Shown here: piece by piece, positions 1 to 8,330 of the stretch
Position numbering within the stretch: position 1 is the first letter of the stretch
Layout: the number at the start of each line of letters is the position of its first letter
Virus record (IMG/VR): IMGVR_UViG_2838736955_000001
DNA: 20,000 nt
DNA from: an uncultured virus (IMG/VR IMGVR_UViG_2838736955_000001)
Lineage: Duplodnaviria > Heunggongvirae > Uroviricota > Caudoviricetes
Strand: one strand, 5' to 3'
Notes under the pieces: generated by a model
What the model saw: only the letters and a program-made list of their open reading frames with translations
The model's database searches: none
Told to the model about the DNA's origin: nothing
Program-made: the position numbers and the translations under genes

Positions 1-304
1 GAAGGGATTGGGTAACCGGATCTCGGATTGGTTCAGACAGGCGGGAATGCCCCACCTGACATCGCATTCCGTCCGCAAGGGGGCAGCCACCGACGCCGCC
101 CACAATGAGGCGACAGACAATATGCTCGAGGCGATGTTCGGCTGGAAGGATGGGAAGACGTCGAAGATCTACACCCGGCATGCCGAGCGTGCACGACTGG
201 CAAGGCAGACGATATCGAAGATCAATTGGGATGGTGTGGGAGACAGGCTCCTGCCGGCGAATGACACCGAGGAAGGTGTGGCAGGGTGTGGCGGCGCTGA
301 TTGA
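1..304 (+). CDS. Tyrosine recombinase/phage integrase, C-terminal part (5' end outside window)
   Basis: Translation has H-x-x-R (SHSVRKGAAT), the FGW motif and the catalytic Tyr region (SKIYTR); stop TGA at 302-304; lies next to a tRNA-derived att site. Confidence 0.9.
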   Translation, partial: KGLGNRISDWFRQAGMPHLTSHSVRKGAATDAAHNEATDNMLEAMFGWKDGKTSKIYTRHAERARLARQTISKINWDGVGDRLLPANDTEEGVAGCGGAD

Positions 305-337
305 AATTGCTTGGCATTTATTTCAGCCAAGTGTGGC
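276..337 (+). repeat. GTGTGGC direct repeats, probable integrase arm-type binding sites
   Basis: GTGTGGC at 276-282, 286-292 and 331-337, between the integrase end and the att core. Confidence 0.5.
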
Positions 338-379
338 ACCGCGTTTTGGCAATCAATGGAAATCAATCAATTTAGGCAC

Positions 380-396
380 TCCGGGCGAGGCCTCCA
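380..396 (+). repeat. att core: 3' end of tRNA-Cys (TCCGGGCGAGGCCTCCA)
   Basis: Matches, from memory, the T-stem 3' half, acceptor strand and CCA of alphaproteobacterial tRNA-Cys; no TTCG T-loop or 5' half upstream, so a fragment rather than a gene. Confidence 0.8.
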
Positions 397-562
397 ATTT
401 TCCCCGATATTTAAGTGGACATTGCCCCATATGGCAAAAGCCTCCTCATCGGTTAATTTCATTTATCTACAACATGTTAGCAATCGGTATCCGCGCCGAA
501 ACTTGAAATCGTGATCGCCTCTCCTGTCTGGCGAATTCGGAACACAATTTTGCAAGAATTTG

Positions 563-587
563 GGAACCGAACCGAACGCAGCCCGTT
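563..587 (+). promoter_or_regulatory. sigma-EcfG (RpoE2/SigT) general-stress promoter
   Basis: GGAAC(563-567)-N16-CGTT(584-587), the established EcfG consensus, ~30 bp upstream of the DUF982 start. Confidence 0.7.
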
Positions 588-615
588 TTCTGCGCCGCAA
601 ATAAAGGTGCAGGAC

Positions 616-873
616 ATGGACGACAGGCACATCCAAGATACGATTCTCTGGTCAGAGCCCGTCAGGGTAAGGGTGGGCTACGGCTTTATAGAAACCATCA
701 GGGGACCACGTGAAGCGCTCGAATACCTCAATTGGCGCTGGCCGGTTCGCTACGGTGACTATTACGCAAAAGCGCTGAATGAATGCGCAGCATGTCTGCA
801 AAGACGGGTTCCGCTCGACGAGGTCAGGGAAACCTTTATCCTCGCCAGCATTGAGGCAAAGATGCTTGGATGA
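616..873 (+). CDS. DUF982 family protein
   Basis: W-x-x-PV-x-V...I-x-GPREAL-x-x-L...WP...A...C...R-x-x-F-x-x-A-x-x-EA pattern typical of rhizobial DUF982; ATG at 616 with purine-rich upstream sequence. Confidence 0.85.
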   Translation: MDDRHIQDTILWSEPVRVRVGYGFIETIRGPREALEYLNWRWPVRYGDYYAKALNECAACLQRRVPLDEVRETFILASIEAKMLG

Positions 874-1001
874 ACGCTCAACAAGCGAGCTCTTCTTAAC
901 TGAATATTTACACTCCCCGTTAGTCCATTTTTTAAAGCGCGCCACCTAATCATGTCGTTAGCGGCGATGTTGCCGTAACCTTTTATTTCGGAAGGATCGC
1001 C

Positions 1002-1118
1002 ATGACGGCGATGATCGACATGAAACTGACTTTTTCAGACGCCTTCGCGGCGCTCGCGACTATCATATCGCTCTCCAGCATCCTGTATGTGCTCCACATG
1101 GTGCTTGCGCTCTTCTAG
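1002..1118 (+). CDS. Small 38-aa single-TM protein (not in ORF track)
   Basis: GGAAGGA RBS then MTAMIDMKLTFSDAFAALATIISLSSILYVLHMVLALF*; one hydrophobic helix. Confidence 0.5.
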   Translation: MTAMIDMKLTFSDAFAALATIISLSSILYVLHMVLALF

Positions 1119-1411
1119 CCAATTCCCCCTGCCCGACCTCCCGCGACTGAGAACAAACGCCGCTGAATCATTCCTCGCGGGCAAGCCATACAGCAGCAAA
1201 AAACGGCAGGGAGCCGGAGCACCTTGGTGCGCCGCTCACTTGGCGACCAACTCTCTTGAAGCGCCCTCACCGGTAAATTCGGCAAGATCCGCATACTGCG
1301 TCCTTTTGCCGGGTAACATATTTTTGCGTCGGGACGGCGTTGGTGATAAAATGGTTGTGTACCAGGCGGGGAAGGCGTCGGGTATCGGATATGCAGCAGG
1401 AGGAGGCTGGC

Positions 1412-1522
1412 ATGCATTACGTCGAATTTTTCACATCCATCAATCCCATCGTGTTGGGCGTATTAGCCGTGGTGGTCGTTTGCGGTATCTATGACCACTG
1501 GCTGGAGACCCATCACAAGTAG
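1412..1522 (+). CDS. Small 36-aa single-TM protein
   Basis: Strong AGGAGGAGG RBS before ATG 1412; MHYVEFFTSINPIVLGVLAVVVVCGIYDHWLETHHK. Confidence 0.6.
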   Translation: MHYVEFFTSINPIVLGVLAVVVVCGIYDHWLETHHK

Positions 1523-1645
1523 CAAAACCACGGACATATGCCGCACTTCGCTCTCCATCTCGCGCGAGAGTAGGAGCTTCGGGTTTGCTTGACTGGCTGT
1601 TCCTGATATCCATTGCCTCCTCTGCGGCGGCAATGGAGTACTATT

Positions 1646-2287
1646 TTGCAGGCAAAATTCGACTTTCAGGATACCAGCACCTCCCTCAGCGAAACTCTCC
1701 GAGGTCTTATCAAAGGCATTCAGGGACCAACTGTATCGTTGCGGGATCTGATGGAGCGGATTGGAGAACAGGGACTACTGCTCGTCTGCGCCGTCGCCGC
1801 CCTGCCCTTTCTTATTCCGGTCTCCATTCCCGGCGTCAGCACGGTGTTCGGCGCTGCCATCATTCTGATCAGCATTTCAATCACACTGAACCGGATGCCC
1901 TGGCTTCCGGCAAAGATTTTGGATCGCGAACTGGACACGAAAAAACTTCTGCCTGCGCTGGATAAAGGCGCAAACATCGTGTCGCGCCTCGACCGCTTCC
2001 TCAAGCCGCGCTTGCGGGCGCTAACGACCGGAACCACCGTCAACCGACTGAACGGACTTGCCATCACTCTTGCCGGCGTACTTCTAATGTTTCCGTTAGG
2101 GCTTATACCGTTCTCAAATACACTTCCCGGCATAGCCATACTCCTGCTTTCTGCAGGCATACTCCAGCGAGACGGCGCGATCGTACTTGTAGGCCATTTA
2201 TTCAACGTGATTACGATCGTCTATTTTGGCATTCTTGCCTACGCAGCTTTCAGTGCCGGCCAAGGCCTCGCGACCTTTTTCAGCTGA
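1646..2287 (+). CDS. exoD: Exopolysaccharide synthesis ExoD family membrane protein
   Basis: Motifs ALPFLIPVSIPGVSTVFG, PWLP, PLGLIPFSNTLPG and LQRDG; TTG start at 1646 after GGAG (start uncertain). Confidence 0.9.
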   Translation: MQAKFDFQDTSTSLSETLRGLIKGIQGPTVSLRDLMERIGEQGLLLVCAVAALPFLIPVSIPGVSTVFGAAIILISISITLNRMPWLPAKILDRELDTKKLLPALDKGANIVSRLDRFLKPRLRALTTGTTVNRLNGLAITLAGVLLMFPLGLIPFSNTLPGIAILLLSAGILQRDGAIVLVGHLFNVITIVYFGILAYAAFSAGQGLATFFS

Positions 2288-2354
2288 CCAGATCAGCCCT
2301 CCTTCGTTGAGCAGAGAAGAATTCCGGCGTGGTATGGCACAGCCAGGCCGGAAC

Positions 2355-2528
2355 CTATTGCAGGTCTAATCTCAACTGTATTCCCTTGGGAATTTTCGGC
2401 TTGCGTAGCGAGGCTATCTGTACCCGCTCGTAAACTTCCTTGCGCTGCTTATCATGTCGCTCCCGCAAAGCACGGGAGGCAGCGACCATGGCAAGCGCAC
2501 GTTCAGCGACATCTTCGGCACGTTTCAT
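2355..2528 (-). CDS. Small basic 57-aa protein, probably SOS-regulated
   Basis: GGAGGTG RBS (2532-2538 on minus) before ATG 2528; LexA box just upstream; ends GIQLRLDLQ. Confidence 0.65.
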   Translation of the reverse strand: MKRAEDVAERALAMVAASRALRERHDKQRKEVYERVQIASLRKPKIPKGIQLRLDLQ

Positions 2529-2543
2529 CTGCACCTCCATAAT

Positions 2544-2558
2544 GTTCACCTTACGTTC
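2544..2558. promoter_or_regulatory. Alphaproteobacterial LexA (SOS) box
   Basis: GTTC-ACCTTAC-GTTC, an exact GTTC-N7-GTTC consensus. Confidence 0.75.
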
Positions 2559-2742
2559 TATTATTTTTTTCGAGAAAAGTCAAGAACAGAACAGGCCATG
2601 CTGAATCGCTGTGCATCTGAAAGGCAGGGAGAGCCCGCCGTGGTCTTTCAAGACAAAGCTTCGGATCTGCTGGCGTGCAATAAATGATCATTAGCCATGC
2701 ACGGCAACGACACAGAAAATATAATGGAAAAGGATATGAAAT

Positions 2743-2788
2743 AAAAAAGCCCTGTTTTCATGGATATCCACGAAAACAGGGCTTCTTT
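2743..2788 (-). terminator. Rho-independent terminator, likely the native tRNA-Asn terminator
   Basis: AAGCCCTGTTTTC...GAAAACAGGGCTT inverted repeat with a T-run on the minus strand, directly downstream of the tRNA-Asn 3' fragment. Confidence 0.8.
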
Positions 2789-2793
2789 GAATT

Positions 2794-2810
2794 TGGCTCC
2801 CCGGGCCGGA
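2794..2810 (-). repeat. att core: 3' end of tRNA-Asn (TCCGGCCCGGGGAGCCA on minus strand)
   Basis: Reverse complement of TGGCTCCCCGGGCCGGA matches, from memory, the alphaproteobacterial tRNA-Asn 3' end with CCA; the rest of the tRNA is absent; sits ~140 bp before an integrase. Confidence 0.8.
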
Positions 2811-2953
2811 TAATTTTTAGTAACTTTACTGCTCGATAGCGACAACCGTCGCACTCCAAAACCGTTTTCTTTCAATGGCTTACTTGACCATTCCGACCAC
2901 GATGCGCATATATAGCGCATACCCCAATAGCGGGGAAATTGTGGGGAAGATTA

Positions 2954-4177
2954 ATGGGGAGCCATACTCGTAACGTTCTTACTGTGAAGTCTATCGCTGC
3001 TAGTAAGGCCACCAAGCTGCGCGATGGCGGCGGCCTGTATCTCGTCGCCAAGGGTAACGGTCGCTATTGGATGTTCAACTACACCTTTGCCGGCCTGCGG
3101 CGCGAGATGGGTATTGGTCCGCTCCACACAATCGGCCTCGCTGAAGCACGTGAGAAATGCGAGGACGCGCGGAAACTGATTCGCACGGGCGTTGACCCAC
3201 TGGCGGCCAAACGCGAGGCAGAGGAGGCCTCACCCAGCGCGATGACGTTCGGAGCCTATGCCGACGACTTCATCGATGCGGCCGTAAAGGCTGGCCGCTG
3301 GCGCGGAGGTAAGACGGAAGCACGCTGGCGTAATCTACTCGGCAATCACGCAAAGGATATCCGCTCTAAGGCTATCGGCGGCATCCGCGTGGCGGACGTA
3401 GTGAAGGTCATCAAGCCGCTATGGGGCGAAAAACAGGAAACCGCGGAGAAGCTGCGCGAGGCGATTGAGCGTGTTCTTGACGCGGCCAAGGTCGAGGGGC
3501 ATCGCTCCGGTGATAATCCGGCAGCCTGGAAAGGCAACCTCGAACATGTCCTCCACAAGCCTAACGAGCTTGTCGCACGCAACCATCACGCGGCCATGCC
3601 TCACGCCGACGTGCCCGCCTTCATGAAGAAGCTGGCCAAGGTAAGCGGCGTCAGCGCTCGCGCGCTGGAATTGACGATACTCACCGGCGTTCGCAGCGGC
3701 GAAACGCGAGGCGCGGTCTGGCCGGAATTCGATCTTGATGCGAAGGTTTGGACTATTCCAGCAATCCGCATGAAGGGCGGCAAGATACACCGCGTGCCGC
3801 TGTCGGACGAGGCAACTGCGCTCCTGAAAAAGATGGAGGAACAGTCGGTCAACGACTACGTCTTCCCTGGTGTCCGGCACAAGAAGCCTCTGTCGGATGC
3901 CTCACTGGCGAAGGCGCTGGACACTGCGGGCGGCGGAGTGTTCACGGTCCATGGCTTCAGGTCGACTTTCCGCGACTGGGCAACCGAGGTAGCACATGCA
4001 CCGCGAGAGATTGCCGAGGCCGCCCTCGCTCATGCTGTTGGCGATAAGGTCGAGCAGTCCTACGCAAGGTCGGATGCGCTGGAGCGTCGCCGTCAGTTAA
4101 TGCAGCAATGGGCAAACCACTGCATGACCGAGCCGGCAGCCATTGATGGTGAACCGCTCCACAGAAATGCGGCGTGA
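2954..4177 (+). CDS. int: P4-type tyrosine integrase with N-terminal arm-binding domain
   Basis: LRDGGGLYL...W...Y...REMGIG...LAEARE arm domain; catalytic R (GVRSGE), K (RMKGG), HGFR, LAH and Y (SYARSD). Confidence 0.95.
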   Translation: MGSHTRNVLTVKSIAASKATKLRDGGGLYLVAKGNGRYWMFNYTFAGLRREMGIGPLHTIGLAEAREKCEDARKLIRTGVDPLAAKREAEEASPSAMTFGAYADDFIDAAVKAGRWRGGKTEARWRNLLGNHAKDIRSKAIGGIRVADVVKVIKPLWGEKQETAEKLREAIERVLDAAKVEGHRSGDNPAAWKGNLEHVLHKPNELVARNHHAAMPHADVPAFMKKLAKVSGVSARALELTILTGVRSGETRGAVWPEFDLDAKVWTIPAIRMKGGKIHRVPLSDEATALLKKMEEQSVNDYVFPGVRHKKPLSDASLAKALDTAGGGVFTVHGFRSTFRDWATEVAHAPREIAEAALAHAVGDKVEQSYARSDALERRRQLMQQWANHCMTEPAAIDGEPLHRNAA

Positions 4178-4338
4178 CTTTTACGACCATATCGCCTATA
4201 TATTGATTGTCGCTGAGCGACCTGCAACCGGCGGGAACCCCGCCATGATCTGCTAGGCAGATCCAACCTCTAATCCGGCAATGCCGGCCTTCACCTTTTT
4301 ACGTGATTGATCTGGCCGAGTGCCGGAAGAGGAGAACT

Positions 4339-4545
4339 ATGACACCTTCAAATGACAATACCCCTGCCCTCGTCAGCTTGAACGAGGCTTGCCGCCTTAC
4401 GTCCATGTCCCGCACCATGCTGAACCGCTACCGCGCCGAAGGGCGGTTTCCTGTGGCGCTCGAATTGGGCGAGCGCCGAATTGCGTTCGTTCGGTCCGAG
4501 GTCGCCGCTTGGATTCAGGCGAAGATCGACGCGCGCGCCGCCTGA
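4339..4545 (+). CDS. alpA: AlpA family regulator/excisionase
   Basis: LVSLNEACRLTSMSRTMLNRYRAEGRFP...LGERRIAFVRSEV..WI; GAGGAG RBS before ATG 4339. Confidence 0.92.
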   Translation: MTPSNDNTPALVSLNEACRLTSMSRTMLNRYRAEGRFPVALELGERRIAFVRSEVAAWIQAKIDARAA

Positions 4546-4619
4546 TCAACATCACCAACCAGTGACACAACCACCTGCCGGCCCTCGCCGGCGGGCTATC
4601 TCATCGTGGAAGGAGACCA

Positions 4620-4886
4620 ATGCAGATCACCGACTTCAAAACTATAGACGAACCGAGCGGCGGCCATAGAGCCATTGCGGTCTTTGACCTCGAGCTTACC
4701 GATGAATGCCGCCTCTACGGCTTGCGGCTTCTCCGAATGCGCGACGGTCGCTTGCTGACATTTGCGCCGCAGTCTGGATATCGCCGTGTCGCGAGCTTCG
4801 CGACGCCACTGGCTGAACGCATCACCCGACTTGCTCTTGACCAATATGAGGCACTGACCGCCTATGACCGCATCCGCGCAGCCTAA
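4620..4886 (+). CDS. SpoVG-like nucleic-acid-binding protein
   Basis: MQITD...RAIA-x-F-x-L...L-x-GLRL...DG-x-L...P plus a C-terminal helix resembles SpoVG; AAGGAG RBS. Confidence 0.55.
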   Translation: MQITDFKTIDEPSGGHRAIAVFDLELTDECRLYGLRLLRMRDGRLLTFAPQSGYRRVASFATPLAERITRLALDQYEALTAYDRIRAA

Positions 4887-6444
4887 GCCAGATCCCCGCG
4901 AAGAAGCTTGGACAATCCATCGCGAACTCTGCCACATGCTCTCCGGCGACTCGGTACTCATCCCCTTCGCTGACGGCGAACCAGATTGGAGTACAACCAA
5001 CCGGGACACAGTCGAAAAAGTCAATGATTGGGCCGACTTCGAAGAAACAGACATTCCCCGCCTAGCGATCCTGACTGATGGCTTCCAGCGATTTATTGGC
5101 AAGGGCGAGGACGTTTCCGTCGTAACGCTCTGGCGGGCTGGCACGCCTATCATTCAGCAGATTGGTGGTGAGCCCTGCATCAGGGCCGTCGACGCCATCA
5201 TGGATGCCGTCATCGATGACATTCCTTTAGCTGATGTACTGCCCACTGCAGACCCACGTCATGAGATGCCCGACCTCACGCCGATGGAGCGAAAATTGTC
5301 CGAAATCGGCGATCGGCTTGCGAAACCGCCGACCGCCGCGAACGACAACAACCCCCAAAAGCAAGAGCCTGCGGTCCGCGAGATCGGTGTTGTTAATCCG
5401 GTGCACTGGCACGGCGAGGAGGTCCCAGAGCGCGAATGGTATGCAACTGACCTCATCCCGATGCGACAGGTCACGATTATCTCTGGCGATGGTGGCGTCG
5501 GCAAATCACTCCTCGCGCTACAAATTGGTGCCGCGGGTTGCATGGGATCTGAAACGCTCGGTATGACCTTTCTTGGCGGTCGGACGCTGTATCTCGGCGC
5601 TGAGGATGAAGCTGAAGAATTCCACCGGCGACTTCTCGATATCGTCAGCGCGCACGGAAAGACTCTCGCCGACCTTGAGGACTTCCGGCTCGTGCCTTTG
5701 GCCGGGATGGATGCCCTACTAGCCATTCCAGACAACAAAGGGGTGATGCAACCGACCCCGCTTTGGAAGTCGGTCGAAGAATATGCCGAAGGTTTCAAGC
5801 CTAAGCTAGTCGTGCTCGACACCGTGGCCGACCTCTTCGGCGGCGATGAGATCAAGCGCGGCCAGGCGCGCCAGTTCATCTCGATGCTTCGGCATCTAGC
5901 CATCAAGATCGACTGCGCCGTTGTCCTTCTTGCTCACCCATCTGTGCAAGGTATGCAGACTGGCACCGGATCCTCAGGCTCGACCGGATGGAGCAACAGT
6001 TCGCGTAGTCGCCTCTACATGACGAGGCCTGACGATAAGGGAGCTGACGCGGACCTGCGCGTGCTGAGGACGATGAAAATCAACTACGGCAAGGTCGGCG
6101 GCGAGATCACCATCCGATGGAAAGATGGATCATTCGAGCTCGACGACGGCAAGCCGGCCGCCGGATCTATGATGCTGGCGGCACGCGCCGAGGCCATCTT
6201 CCGTGACCTTCTATCAATGTTCAATCGGCAGGGTCGCAGCGTATGTCACGTACCAGGGACAACGTATGCTCCGGCTATGATGGCGAAGATGCCTGAAGCT
6301 GAGGGCGTCCCGAAGGCTAGGTTCGTCGACGCGATGAATGCCTTGCTGCGGTCAGGTGATATAAAGATCGTGGTGGAAGGCCCACCATCGAGGCCTCGGC
6401 AGCGGCTGATTTTGGCGTCGGAAGACTTCGGCGGAGGCAATTAA
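4864..6444 (+). CDS. AAA_25 / RSF1010 RepA-like replicative helicase with uncharacterised N-terminal domain
   Basis: Walker A GDGGVGKS, AEDE, Walker B LVVLD, LLAHPS, SGSTGW...R and K-x-NYG motifs. Confidence 0.9.
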   Translation: MTASAQPKPDPREEAWTIHRELCHMLSGDSVLIPFADGEPDWSTTNRDTVEKVNDWADFEETDIPRLAILTDGFQRFIGKGEDVSVVTLWRAGTPIIQQIGGEPCIRAVDAIMDAVIDDIPLADVLPTADPRHEMPDLTPMERKLSEIGDRLAKPPTAANDNNPQKQEPAVREIGVVNPVHWHGEEVPEREWYATDLIPMRQVTIISGDGGVGKSLLALQIGAAGCMGSETLGMTFLGGRTLYLGAEDEAEEFHRRLLDIVSAHGKTLADLEDFRLVPLAGMDALLAIPDNKGVMQPTPLWKSVEEYAEGFKPKLVVLDTVADLFGGDEIKRGQARQFISMLRHLAIKIDCAVVLLAHPSVQGMQTGTGSSGSTGWSNSSRSRLYMTRPDDKGADADLRVLRTMKINYGKVGGEITIRWKDGSFELDDGKPAAGSMMLAARAEAIFRDLLSMFNRQGRSVCHVPGTTYAPAMMAKMPEAEGVPKARFVDAMNALLRSGDIKIVVEGPPSRPRQRLILASEDFGGGN

Positions 6445-6450
6445 AGGCGG

Positions 6451-6583
6451 TTCCACCAACCGTTCCACCTCGCTTCCACCAGTGTTCCACCACCTTCCAC
6501 CAACCGTTCCACCCCTCCCCCTTATACCCCCACAGGGGTGGAACCACCCCGGTGCCGGTGGAAGCCGGCACGGCGCTTCCACG
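6451..6583. repeat. TTCCACC iteron array, putative replication origin
   Basis: TTCCACC at 6451, 6463, 6474, 6485, 6495 and 6507; inverted GGTGGAA at 6537 and 6557; TTCCACG at 6577; directly after the helicase stop. Confidence 0.75.
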
Positions 6584-6600
6584 CCCCTGTATGATGTTGT

Positions 6601-7406
6601 TCAGCCAATGAGCCAGATGATCGGCTTCACGAAAATCGCGCTGAGCTGCAACCCGGTACCCCACACGATTGCGAGTAAGCCACGTCTAGCCGCCTTCGAC
6701 GAGTTCAGAAGATTACGAACTGCCGGAAGCTTCAAATTTTCTTCTTTGGTTGCTGCCGCATAGCGGGCAACGCCTATGGTGATTGCATCGTTATCGGTAA
6801 GAATGACAGCCTTGGCTGTTATTCCGGCCCCTATCGCAGTGAGGAGCAAACCGATTGACACGAAAACATCAGATGCCACGGCTAGCCAAGTAGCGCCGCC
6901 TGCGTTCAAGATACTGCTCACAATTGCTCCTCGATTGACGATAGCGTCTGCGCCGCCCAACGTGCAGAATGCAGAAGCGAACCCCGTTGTTATGGCGGCC
7001 CAGTGGGTGACATTCAGGCCGGTAGTGTGCGGGCTTTTACCAATCCAGACCTGAGGGTCCCAAAGCATAGCAACATTGGCATTGTGATCGTAGTTATTGC
7101 TGTGCATTGACCAGTTCACCCAAGTGATGAACCCAGTCAGCATGGCCAAAAGTAGCCAGCGACAAACCACCACACTGCAGCCGCGTACCCATTGAGCAGC
7201 TCAGGTTTGTCAGCTACGTCTCCTAAGAACGTAAAGAGGCCGAATAGCGCGCTTCCATGCATAAGAAACAGACTGGCCAGAAGCCAACGACCATACTCTG
7301 CGGAGAGTGTGAACGTTACCCTCTGGCTCTCTTTTAGATCGTGATAGACGGCCGCAGCGCTTTGCTGCCTATCCATCATCCACTTCTTATCTGTCGAATC
7401 GGTCAT
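6601..7406 (-). pseudogene. Multi-pass membrane protein split by a 1-bp frameshift near 7155 (or sequencing error)
   Basis: ORF 7406-7137 ends WWFVAG|YFWPC; one extra C (GGC CTA) joins it to LLLAMLTGFITWVNWS of ORF 7173-6601, giving a continuous TM helix. Confidence 0.6.
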
Positions 7407-8259
7407 GCCCCACCTGTACTAACCCAGATGGAGAATACTGTGTGTCAATCAGATACGACTAGGAGGGGGCGATCATTTCTCCACAGACGAATCTTCGCCT
7501 ACCGGCGGTGTCCAAAACAACGAGTGCTAATACAGTTTTTTCCCTCCCGCGTGCGCAAGCGCGCGAGAAATCATTGAGGTTTTTGGCCTCAAAGTGGAAA
7601 AATTCGCGCTTAGTGCCGCAATCAATGATATTTCTACCGCTTAGTTGGCAGAAACAGCAATGGCCATGGTGTGTACATATGAAGGGTCCACTTACTGCAT
7701 CAGCCGTGGTGTGGATCTATGAGGGGACGAACGTAATAGTTGCTAATCCGCCACACCTAGCTTGCTCCCGTATTCCGGGGAGCTAGTTTGTTTGGCCGAA
7801 AGGTGTGCAAAACGCGAAGTTGTCACCTGTATATGTGAAGGGCGCGAAAAATCGTGCCACGCTACAGCGTATCTTTATGGATGAGTACGAACTCAAACGG
7901 CCTGCTGAGCGGTAATAATGGGGTACGCTGAAAAATCAGCATACCCATGTGCCTTTTCGTGCCGCGTTCTTGCGTACTCCTATGGAGAGATCTGCGCGCC
8001 GTCGCACCACGCGCACTCAGGTCACCAATGGGTGAGAGCCCATTTCAGTTTTCCCATTCGGCACGCCCATGCCGAAGCCGTCCACCTTGCCCTCACAGGG
8101 TGAAAGCGTTGCGCCTACCATCGTAGCGCCCGACGGCAACCTTTTCGTTGACGGCGGATGTAACCGCAGCGACTAGATCCCTTGTCTGCCGACAAGGTCG
8201 ATCGACCCTGCCGCCGACACGGCGCGCGGCGGGGTTCCGTTTCCAGTGGGTGGTTGAAA

Positions 8260-8288
8260 GGGCGTCGGCGAAAGCCGGCGTCTTTTTT
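8260..8288 (+). terminator. Rho-independent terminator upstream of the late operon
   Basis: GGGCGTCGGC-GAAA-GCCGGCGTCT followed by a T-run. Confidence 0.75.
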
Positions 8289-8330
8289 ATTGCCCTGTCA
8301 TTCAACATTCCAAAAAGTATGGAGAACCCA

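Larger units (their letters stand above)
1..396. mobile_element. Right end of a prophage/integrative element inserted in tRNA-Cys
   Basis: Integrase end followed by GTGTGGC repeats and a tRNA-Cys 3'-end duplication at 380-396. Confidence 0.75.

Noticed and set aside
340..396. Complete tRNA-Cys gene
   Set aside because: Only the last 17 nt match; no D-arm, anticodon arm or T-loop.
896..911. CtrA-like box TTAA-N7-TTTAC
   Set aside because: One mismatch in an AT-rich gap; too weak alone.
1646..2287. Functional link between exoD and the depolymerase tailspike
   Set aside because: exoD lies outside the att boundary in host DNA; proximity is explained by the tRNA target.
2794..2870. Complete tRNA-Asn gene
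   Set aside because: Only the last 17 nt match; adjacent sequence is AT-rich att-arm DNA.
6451..6583. Short repeats as a CRISPR array
   Set aside because: 7-bp units with 3-5 bp gaps and no cas genes; they fit iterons.
6317..6763. Pro-rich and Trp/Gly-rich ORFs (6482-6763 +, 6317-6664 -, 6352-6582 -)
   Set aside because: Translations of the iteron array; no family features.
7341..8103. ORFs 7341-7577, 7508-7786 and 7918-8103
   Set aside because: No recognisable motifs or convincing RBS; treated as probably non-coding, though a degraded gene cannot be excluded.
8148..8330. N-terminal extension of ORF 8148-8642
   Set aside because: Runs through hairpins and a terminator; the RBS supports ATG 8331.
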